Part shown: positions 1 through 7,052 of the stretch, piece after piece
Layout of the letters: each line of letters starts with the position of its first letter
How positions within the stretch are numbered: the stretch's first letter is position 1
IMG/VR virus record: IMGVR_UViG_3300022719_000039
Coordinates: 1-64,000 of that record
DNA: 64,000 nucleotides
From: a virus
Strand: one strand, 5' to 3'
The notes under the pieces: generated by a model
The model's input: only the letters and a program-made list of their open reading frames with translations
Database searches by the model: none
What the model was told of the DNA's origin: nothing
Position numbers and translations under genes: made by a program

Positions 1-65
1 CATTTGAAGGGCTCGCACAAGCTATGGCAGTCCAATGGGGAGGTTTCTTAAAAGCACGGACGTAG
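1..65 (+). CDS. 3' end of a phage DNA cytosine-methyltransferase-like protein (partial)
   Basis: Frame from nt 3 reads FEGLAQAMAVQWGGFLKART-stop (TAG 63-65). This matches the TFxGIAxAMAxQWG C-terminus typical of a common phage C5-MTase-like family. Confidence 0.6.
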   Translation, partial: FEGLAQAMAVQWGGFLKART

Positions 66-71
66 CCATAT

Positions 72-271
72 TGTGTACAACATTAAAAATAAAACCCGTA
101 TGGATTTTAAAGAAAGATTGACAATAATAAGTGATGACTTAAATTACAATGAGATAACTGAAAAAGATTTAAAATGTTTGCAAAATGGTATTTAGAAGAA
201 CAAGAGATTAATGATAGCAATACGCAGTAATTTTTATTAATGTATATTACGTGTTGTGTGCCAGCAACAAC
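72..271 (+). repeat. attC-like element 1 (TACAAC...GTTGTG) followed by a tiny GTTGT...ACAAC unit
   Basis: TACAAC at 76-81, with ACATTAAAAATAAAA imperfectly complementary to TTTTTATTAATGT near 231-243. GTTGT at 253-257 and ACAAC at 267-271. Confidence 0.4.
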
Positions 272-300
272 GCTCGACTAATTAAAAAACATTTCAAATT

Positions 301-648
301 ATGAAATCAGATAGCAAAAAAGACCAACAGCCATGCATTATAGCGGATGTTATGCCTTCGTTTTTGGCACGGCTTGATTTCACGACACTTTCAAATGATA
401 AATTGGTTGAAATTGCTAAGATTGTAAAACCATACACTGGCAGATACGAGATTATACTAACCAAAAAATCAGTGCTTCACTTTAAACTACCATTTATCGG
501 AGAAGAATACAAGCTGATAGTTAAACCAACGATTCAAGGCTTGTATCACTTAAAATCACCTGAGTGGTGCAAAGAATTTCAACCAAGTTGGATATTATAT
601 AACAGCTTCAAATTATGGCAGTATCTGAGTGCCAAATATGAGGCATAA
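301..648 (+). CDS. hypothetical protein (cassette-like gene)
   Basis: 115-aa ORF bounded by GTTATGCCT (349-357) and its exact reverse complement AGGCATAAC (641-649), which contains the stop codon. Confidence 0.7.
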   Translation: MKSDSKKDQQPCIIADVMPSFLARLDFTTLSNDKLVEIAKIVKPYTGRYEIILTKKSVLHFKLPFIGEEYKLIVKPTIQGLYHLKSPEWCKEFQPSWILYNSFKLWQYLSAKYEA

Positions 649-736
649 CATTTGTACAAAGGCAATGCCTTTACTTACATAGATGAAAAAGAAAAAAAGA
701 AATATTATGAATAAGCACAAAACACAATGTTGTATG
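642..736 (+). repeat. attC-like element 2 / conserved ~40-bp repeat, copy A
   Basis: GCATAAC (643-649) to GTTGTATG (729-736). AACATTTGT pairs with ACAATGTT with one extra base. Internal hairpin AAAGGCA-A-TGCCTTT. 642-680 closely resembles 1031-1071. Confidence 0.55.
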
Positions 737-764
737 ACGAAGTGAACCGTTTAAAATAATTACA

Positions 765-1019
765 ATGATATACGAGGATATTGAAAAGCAAGAACAGGAG
801 TTTAATGATAAGTTAGTGAAAGGTATTGAAATAGCCCGTGAAAATGGAGTTAACCTTACAAAATTTAAAAAGCATATATCAGAAGGGCTGAAAACAACCA
901 ATGACGAAGACCAATGGACATGGGATTATGAATGCTATTTATGCTCTATTTCCAGAGGTAGATTTGAAAGCCCGAAAAAATGGGCAGTTGATTTCTATCA
1001 AGAGCGGTGGTCATTGTAA
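765..1019 (+). CDS. hypothetical protein (cassette-like gene)
   Basis: 84-aa ORF lying between GTTGTATG (729-736) and its reverse complement CATACAAC (1033-1040). Confidence 0.7.
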   Translation: MIYEDIEKQEQEFNDKLVKGIEIARENGVNLTKFKKHISEGLKTTNDEDQWTWDYECYLCSISRGRFESPKKWAVDFYQERWSL

Positions 1020-1030
1020 TTATTTTTAAT

Positions 1031-1071
1031 GGCATACAACATTTGTGTAAGGGCATTGCTTTTACTTACAT
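1031..1071 (+). repeat. conserved ~40-bp repeat, copy B (start of attC-like element 3)
   Basis: GGCATACAACATTTGTGTAAGGGCATTGCTTTTACTTACAT compared with GGCATAACATTTGTACAAAGGCAATGCCTTTACTTACAT at 642-680. Confidence 0.65.
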
Positions 1072-1232
1072 TATGCCTCTATCTCAAAGATAACGAGTTT
1101 TTGATACCTTTGAAACAGTATAAAGTTACAATAACAAACCTACTATCATGAGTAATTTTAACGAATTCACAGAGGTATGCAAGTATTACACGGGATGGGT
1201 AGCGACAAAAATTAATTTGAAAAATTAAAAAT

Positions 1233-1988
1233 ATGATAGATTTAAGATTAGGCGATTGTCTTGATATAATGCAGAACATTGAAACAAACAGTATTGATAT
1301 GGTTTTTGCAGACTTGCCATACGAAATGACTGCTAACAAGTGGGATTTTCTCATTGATATGGATAAGTTGTTTGAAGAATATGAACGTATTGTAAAACCT
1401 AATGGTGCTTTAATTTTTACATCTTCACAACCTTTTACAAGTGCCTTAGTAATGCAAAAACCCAAATGGTTTAAAACTGAATGGATTTGGGGAAAAAACG
1501 CAGGAAGTAATTTTGGAAGCGTAAAGTATGTACCAATGAAGGAGCACGAAAGTGTTTTAATTTTTAGTAATGGTGGTGGTAAAACAACTTATAATCCAAT
1601 AATGCAACAAAGAGCAGAAAGTGGAAAGGCAAGAGTAAAAACGGTTGTAAATTACAATACAAAAACAGACAACTACAACGACACTTTACACGGTAAAGTA
1701 AGTAGTAAAAGACCTGATTTAAGATATCCAAGTAGTTTACAATATTGGAACAGAGAACGTGGTTTACACCCGACACAAAAGCCTGTTGATTTGGTTTCTT
1801 ACTTCATAATCACATATTCTAACAAAGGCGAAATGATTTTAGATAATACTATGGGTTCTGGGACGACTGCAATTTCTTGCATAGAAACAGAACGAAATTT
1901 TATCGGTATTGAAATGGATAACAATATTTATAACATCGCTAAAAAAAGGGTAGAAGAAAAAAGAAAAGAAAAAGATTTACAAGCATAA
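1233..1988 (+). CDS. DNA N6-adenine/N4-cytosine methyltransferase (beta-class motif order)
   Basis: GDCL start, catalytic DLPY, HPTQKP, SAM-binding LDNTMGSGTT and FIGIEMD. Confidence 0.93.
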   Translation: MIDLRLGDCLDIMQNIETNSIDMVFADLPYEMTANKWDFLIDMDKLFEEYERIVKPNGALIFTSSQPFTSALVMQKPKWFKTEWIWGKNAGSNFGSVKYVPMKEHESVLIFSNGGGKTTYNPIMQQRAESGKARVKTVVNYNTKTDNYNDTLHGKVSSKRPDLRYPSSLQYWNRERGLHPTQKPVDLVSYFIITYSNKGEMILDNTMGSGTTAISCIETERNFIGIEMDNNIYNIAKKRVEEKRKEKDLQA

Positions 1989-2056
1989 ACAATTTAAAGG
2001 CTCTAAGAATTACGTATTTCAAACTTATTCGATATATTGTATACGTTGGTTAAAAA

Positions 2057-2094
2057 TAGAGGGCTTTAAAATAGCTATATATTTTAAAGTTCTA
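2057..2094. terminator. probable bidirectional terminator at the convergence of the two transcription arms
   Basis: CTTTAAAATA (2064-2073) pairs with TATTTTAAAG (2080-2089), extendable with G-T pairs. It lies between the convergent MTase and amidase genes. Confidence 0.45.
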
Positions 2095-2148
2095 TATGTT
2101 TATTATGCATGCTGCATCTGAAGAACTTCATCAATCCCCTTCTAGGAA

Positions 2149-2655
2149 TTACTGAATAAAGCTATTGTTGGCATAATTGTTAAAGTCTATATTTTTAGTA
2201 TCTATACCTATAAATCTTGCCCATTTCGGTACATAAAAAGAAGGGCAGTATTTATTAGGGTGTACTTGATTATGTCCTATCAACTGTATATCAGGTATTG
2301 CTCTAATCGTTACTTTTACATAAGTAGCAAGACATACTAATTGTCCATGTGTACGAGTATCTTTAGCATTTCCTTGTTTATCTTTTCCTCCTACATAAGC
2401 TATATGTCTCGTTCTTCCATTCCATCCTCTAGCTCCATTACTTATCTCCCAACTATCTACATAATCATCCATATCATATGGCATGACCTGTTCAAGACTT
2501 CCATCTAGTATAACTAAATCAGAATAACCAGGCTTACTCCATCCTCTGTGAGGAGGTTTTGGCCCTGTATGCCATAACTCTACATCCTCTTTATGAAAAT
2601 CTCTTCCTTCTGGTGTATCTAAGCAATGAATCATCAAGTGTGTTAATCTACTCAT
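2149..2655 (-). CDS. endolysin, N-acetylmuramoyl-L-alanine amidase (Amidase_2, T7 lysozyme-like)
   Basis: LMIHC, RGWS.PGY, IAYVGG and GHNQV...KYCPSF zinc-ligand pattern. Last gene of the late operon. Confidence 0.9.
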   Translation of the reverse strand: MSRLTHLMIHCLDTPEGRDFHKEDVELWHTGPKPPHRGWSKPGYSDLVILDGSLEQVMPYDMDDYVDSWEISNGARGWNGRTRHIAYVGGKDKQGNAKDTRTHGQLVCLATYVKVTIRAIPDIQLIGHNQVHPNKYCPSFYVPKWARFIGIDTKNIDFNNYANNSFIQ

Positions 2656-3356
2656 AATGGTTTTATTATCTTAATTAAGTATCCAAAAGACTTAGTTATC
2701 TCCTTCCTAAATATTACACCTAATACCAGTAATATTAGTAACCAGAACTTGAAATCTTCCCAAAAATTCTTTCTTATATTAGCATCTATAGTAGATGTTG
2801 TTTCTTTAGAAATATAAGGTACTAATATTCTATTAGTCCTAGATTCTACTCTAAGCTTTCCTTGATAAAATTCAGCCTCTAATTCTAAAGTAACATAAAA
2901 GCTAGTATCTTTAGTACTTATAAGAATCAAATTACTAGCTGTTATTGTTGTATCTTTAATAAACCCTTTTATTATTCTTTCCCTAAGTTTCTCTCTAAGC
3001 TCTCTGTACTTTGCTTCTAAGTTCCTAGAAAGGGAAAGACTATCGTTCAATCTCTCTTCCACATTGACATACTCATTAAGTAAGGAGTCAAATGCAGTGG
3101 TATCTTTTACTAACTCTGTTCTGATTTTCACTTTTACAGATTCTATTCTTACTGTATCTGTTTCTTTGTTTACTAATATAGTATCCGTAAGATCATGATA
3201 TTTAGCTATCTTAGTTATAGCTTTCTTATGATTTATAATATACTCTTTTGCTTTATCTTTATTCTTAGGTACTTTTTGTGATACTCCACAAGAAGATAAC
3301 AATGCTGCTAACAATATTAATCTACTTAACATTATTATATTTTCTATCTGCTTCAT
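2652..3356 (-). CDS. lipoprotein with C-terminal TM helix, candidate unimolecular spanin
   Basis: Signal peptide with lipobox LLSS-C, C-terminal hydrophobic FWLLILLVLGVIF followed by basic residues. Overlaps the endolysin start. True start may be MLSRLILL. Confidence 0.65.
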   Translation of the reverse strand: MKQIENIIMLSRLILLAALLSSCGVSQKVPKNKDKAKEYIINHKKAITKIAKYHDLTDTILVNKETDTVRIESVKVKIRTELVKDTTAFDSLLNEYVNVEERLNDSLSLSRNLEAKYRELREKLRERIIKGFIKDTTITASNLILISTKDTSFYVTLELEAEFYQGKLRVESRTNRILVPYISKETTSTIDANIRKNFWEDFKFWLLILLVLGVIFRKEITKSFGYLIKIIKPL

Positions 3357-3702
3357 GTTTTTTCATATCTGTTAACTTATTAACTCCTGCCAAACCTCCT
3401 GCAAGTAACATAAATGCAGAAAGCATATTCATATCTGCTGTATATTCAGGATTAGTTATCTCTTGTATACCCATTGACATAATAATAATAAAAGAGGAAA
3501 ATCCCATATATTCATCCCAATCCCATTTACCTTTTATCATATCACTTACTGCTTTTCTGGAAGCAATAAGTATACCTATTATAATCGGCAACCACATCCA
3601 CTCCTGAATAAGTTTTAACCAATCACAATCTATCAAGTTAAATACCATACTATAAAGGTTTATACCAAAAAATAAAACAGCAACTATCAGGAGCCATTTC
3701 AA
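3322..3702 (-). CDS. multi-TM membrane protein, holin candidate (true start probably ATG at 3648)
   Basis: Three to four hydrophobic segments and a charged C-terminus, within the lysis cassette. ATG at 3648 abuts the cupin stop at 3650. Confidence 0.5.
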   Translation of the reverse strand: MKWLLIVAVLFFGINLYSMVFNLIDCDWLKLIQEWMWLPIIIGILIASRKAVSDMIKGKWDWDEYMGFSSFIIIMSMGIQEITNPEYTADMNMLSAFMLLAGGLAGVNKLTDMKKHEADRKYNNVK

Positions 3703-4129
3703 AACCGTGAATTTTGTGTTTCCTTATAGTAAATATATCTCCGCTTTTTAATATTAAAGACTTCAAAGGATAAACTATTTTCCCTTTAGTTACAATAATA
3801 CATTCCTTGTAATTTTTATGTATATGTTTATGCATTACAAATTCTTCATCCTTTGTACACATTTCAGCAATTATAAAGTTATCCTCTCTCTTATACAGTC
3901 TATGTTTTACGCTACCACTCATAACTATATCAGGATGTTTCTTTTTAGATAAACAAGTCCATCTTGAAGTTAATTTTATATTATCAACTTTTATATTTTT
4001 ATGAACAGTGTTTAATTCTTCAAAGGGCAGATCAGCATGTTCTTTAATACTTTCAGCTAAATCTTTTATTAACTGACCATTCTTATGTAATTTATCTAGG
4101 TCTATATCGTTAACGTGGTAGTCTTTCAT
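3650..4129 (-). CDS. cupin-domain protein
   Basis: Cupin motif 1 HIH...E.IIV.KG and motif 2 L..GD.F.I....IH.F. Confidence 0.7.
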   Translation of the reverse strand: MKDYHVNDIDLDKLHKNGQLIKDLAESIKEHADLPFEELNTVHKNIKVDNIKLTSRWTCLSKKKHPDIVMSGSVKHRLYKREDNFIIAEMCTKDEEFVMHKHIHKNYKECIIVTKGKIVYPLKSLILKSGDIFTIRKHKIHGFEMAPDSCCFIFWYKPL

Positions 4130-4367
4130 CTAAAATAGTTTTCATTGTAGTCATTACTTCTATATTCTTTTGTTGTGATTCTAATATTAATTTATTTAAC
4201 TCTTTGTTAAGATTATGTAAATCATCATTTCGAATTTGTATAGGTTTTATAAAAACTCTATAAACAACCAACATTCCTGATAGTAAAAAAAATATTATAA
4301 CTATTAAACCTGCTACAGAAATTTCTTCCTGCAATAGTTTAGAAAGCAACCCTAAAAATTCAATCAT
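4110..4367 (-). CDS. small single-TM protein with coiled coil (holin/antiholin-like)
   Basis: VAGLIVIIFFLLSGMLVVY followed by a heptad-like segment. Confidence 0.5.
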   Translation of the reverse strand: MIEFLGLLSKLLQEEISVAGLIVIIFFLLSGMLVVYRVFIKPIQIRNDDLHNLNKELNKLILESQQKNIEVMTTMKTILDERLPR

Positions 4368-4758
4368 CCATTAATTCTTTTATAGTTGTAGTCTCTATTA
4401 TATTTCCCCTATTATCAACTAAGTTTACAGAATCTTTATAAGGAAATTTACCATCACTTAATAACTTTATTACTTCTTCTAGGGAATCTATTTGCTCTCT
4501 AAACTTTTTACTTAGTTCTATATATCTTATTCGTTCTAAATTAAATTCTTTTTTAGTAGATTCTATGTTTGTAACTTTCGTTAGTAATTTATGATTATCT
4601 TCAATTATATGTTCCATTTCTGGTGCATGTAACCATAGACTGTGTACTACTGTCATAAAGTTAGTAATAGCTCCCCAATTAGCAAAGAACCAAGTAAGGA
4701 AACTAAATATCATAACAATGATACTTCCTGCTATTGACCAGCTTGCTACTTTATTCAT
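4360..4758 (-). CDS. N-terminal TM protein with coiled coil (lysis-associated?)
   Basis: N-terminal hydrophobic helix and coiled-coil C-terminus. Overlaps the next gene. Confidence 0.5.
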   Translation of the reverse strand: MNKVASWSIAGSIIVMIFSFLTWFFANWGAITNFMTVVHSLWLHAPEMEHIIEDNHKLLTKVTNIESTKKEFNLERIRYIELSKKFREQIDSLEEVIKLLSDGKFPYKDSVNLVDNRGNIIETTTIKELMDD

Positions 4759-4778
4759 AAATAACTAATATAATTTTA

Positions 4779-5183
4779 TTAAGCTACTGTATTTTCATCT
4801 CCGGGCATTACACCTGATAATGCATTAAGCCAATCTTGTCCTCTTACATCGCCTACACCTTGTTTTATTATATTAATAGCATCATTAACGTTGTTTATAT
4901 CGATCTTTACATTATTACCGAATTGAGACAATAAACCACTTATAAGTTTTTCTAAATTTCCTGTATTACCCCGTATAAATTGTTGAGCCTTTGAAACACG
5001 TTTACGTCCTTTAATACTTAAAACTTGATTACCTGTCCCATTATCTGTGGTAAGGTCTGGCCTCTTCGTTAAATCTGGTGCAGCATCATCAAAGAGGCGT
5101 TCTATTAATGCCTGCTCGAAGATACGGTGAAACTTAATGTCTCTCGATAATTTGTGTTTGCCTTCTGGTGTTAAATTAGTCAT
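4779..5183 (-). CDS. hypothetical protein
   Basis: 134-aa ORF in operon orientation. Confidence 0.65.
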   Translation of the reverse strand: MTNLTPEGKHKLSRDIKFHRIFEQALIERLFDDAAPDLTKRPDLTTDNGTGNQVLSIKGRKRVSKAQQFIRGNTGNLEKLISGLLSQFGNNVKIDINNVNDAINIIKQGVGDVRGQDWLNALSGVMPGDENTVA

Positions 5184-5214
5184 AACTCTTTAGTTTTTAG
5201 TTTAATATTTATTT

Positions 5215-6285
5215 TTATGCAGACCTTAATATAGGCCCTCCAAAAAATGCGCCAATTCCTAACCCTGTAGCAACATCTGAGACCACGTCATTCTCATCTA
5301 TCTTCTTGATGTTTCCGTCATCATGTGGAAACATATATATATCCGTTCCTCTTATAATAGGTGCTCCCTGAAATGCGCCATTCACAAATCCGCTTGCTAC
5401 ATTTGTAACCACATCATTTTCGTCTATCTTTTTGATGTTTCCGTCACTAAAAGGAAACATGTATATATCCGTCCCTCTCAATATAGGATCACCTAAAAAT
5501 GCAAATTCTACAAATCCGCTTGCTACATTTGTAACCACATCATTTTCGTCTATCTTTTTGATGTTTCCGTCACTAAAAGGAAACATATACATATCCGTCC
5601 CACGTAAGATAGGAGCACCTACAAATGCTAGATTTGCAAATCCGCTTGCTACATTTGTAACTATATCATTTTCGTCTATCTTTTTGATATTTCCATCATT
5701 ACGAGGGAACATGTATATATCTGTCCCACGCAAGACAGGCCTTCCTTGAAATGCACCATTTGCAAATCCGCTTGCTACATTTGTAACCACATCATTTTCG
5801 TCTATCTTTTTGATGTTTCCGTCACTAAAAGGAAACATGTATATATCTGTCCCACGTAAGATAGAAGCACCTACAAATGGATTATTAGCCCCAAATCCGC
5901 TTGCTACATTTGTAACTATATCATTTTCATCTATCTTTTTGATGTTTCCGTCATTACGAGGGAACATGTATATATCTGTCCCTCTCAATACAGGCCTTCC
6001 TTGAAATGCAAATTCTACAAATCCGCTTGCTACATTTGTAACTATATCATTTTCGTCTATCTTTTTGATATTCCCATCATCATGTGGAAACATTATAATG
6101 TCAGTTCCACGCAAAATAGGATTACCTATAAAGGCGTTGTTTCCAAATCCTGTAGCAACATTTGTAATTACATCATTTTCGTCTATCTTCTTAATATTTC
6201 CATCATTACGAGGGAACATGTAGATGTTTTGTGTAATTGTAGATAGAGTATTATCTAACCAGTTTAAGTATTTTTTGTTATCCAT
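5215..6285 (-). CDS. 8x42-aa tandem-repeat protein, probable beta-propeller (putative receptor- or glycan-binding)
   Basis: Eight copies of TDIYMFPxxDGNIKKIDENDxVTNVASGFxxxAFxGxPILRG, with ~126-bp DNA repeats. Located downstream of the fibre genes. The fold is inferred. Confidence 0.7.
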   Translation of the reverse strand: MDNKKYLNWLDNTLSTITQNIYMFPRNDGNIKKIDENDVITNVATGFGNNAFIGNPILRGTDIIMFPHDDGNIKKIDENDIVTNVASGFVEFAFQGRPVLRGTDIYMFPRNDGNIKKIDENDIVTNVASGFGANNPFVGASILRGTDIYMFPFSDGNIKKIDENDVVTNVASGFANGAFQGRPVLRGTDIYMFPRNDGNIKKIDENDIVTNVASGFANLAFVGAPILRGTDMYMFPFSDGNIKKIDENDVVTNVASGFVEFAFLGDPILRGTDIYMFPFSDGNIKKIDENDVVTNVASGFVNGAFQGAPIIRGTDIYMFPHDDGNIKKIDENDVVSDVATGLGIGAFFGGPILRSA

Positions 6286-6299
6286 TGTACTTATTATGG

Positions 6300-6593
6300 T
6301 TAAGTAGAAATCCTTATTACATCACTTGCTGTACCATTAATCCATAACTTTTGTCCTTTACTAACAGTGAGTAAAATATTATCATTGGCTAATAACTTAC
6401 TACTAGTAGAGTTTGGTGTTTTCTCAACTGAAACTTGTACATAAGCTCCCCCTACTGTTATAGCTTTTACTTGTAATAAAAAAGAATTTTTCTCGTTATA
6501 TGCAAGACTAATCTTGTCGAAGGAAACATCTTCATCATCTCCTCCACTAAGTGTTATATCAGCAGGTACTCTGTCAATGTCATGTAATGCCAT
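6300..6593 (-). CDS. small beta-rich virion-region protein
   Basis: 97-aa ORF with MA- start and beta-strand pattern, in the fibre locus. Confidence 0.6.
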   Translation of the reverse strand: MALHDIDRVPADITLSGGDDEDVSFDKISLAYNEKNSFLLQVKAITVGGAYVQVSVEKTPNSTSSKLLANDNILLTVSKGQKLWINGTASDVIRIST

Positions 6594-6601
6594 AATTTTG
6601 T

Positions 6602-7048
6602 TTATTTAAATAATATAGGTCTTATTTTACTTATCAAGTTTATACTAAACCCTCTAACTAAAGGCTCAAAATCTTTTGTATCAAGAAATTTACAATTTTC
6701 CAGATCAACTTTAAAATTATCCAATTTATTTAGTTCTTCTCTTATCTTGTCAGATTCCTTATGTCCTTCAATATCATAATAGTTTTCTTTTTGCCCGTTA
6801 TTTGGATTTATACGTATTAGAGTTTTTACCCCAAGTTTCTTCATTAATAATCTCTTTTTATTATTATACTCCTCACTATGTTTAGTCAGTTCTATATTAC
6901 AATCTATTAACTTAAAAAACTTTTCTGTATCTAGCTGGTTTGCTGTTGGCGTTTCAACATCTTTCTTCTGATCTTTTTCTTTTTCAGTATGCATTATATT
7001 ACCAATTATTATATTGGCTTCTACTGCTTCTTTTAAACTTAAATTCAT
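6602..7048 (-). CDS. hypothetical helical protein (possible fibre assembly chaperone)
   Basis: 148-aa charged helical ORF directly after a fibre gene. Confidence 0.5.
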   Translation of the reverse strand: MNLSLKEAVEANIIIGNIMHTEKEKDQKKDVETPTANQLDTEKFFKLIDCNIELTKHSEEYNNKKRLLMKKLGVKTLIRINPNNGQKENYYDIEGHKESDKIREELNKLDNFKVDLENCKFLDTKDFEPLVRGFSINLISKIRPILFK

Positions 7049-7052
7049 TTTA

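Noticed and set aside
671-1776. Minus-strand ORFs 671-901, 1079-1465 and 1564-1776 (likewise 54670-54933, 56485-56814, 61327-61656 and 62065-62289)
   Set aside because: They are antisense to better-supported plus-strand genes.
5215-6285. Diversity-generating retroelement target
   Set aside because: No reverse transcriptase or separate template repeat is in the window. Variation is block-wise among in-frame repeats rather than adenine-specific.
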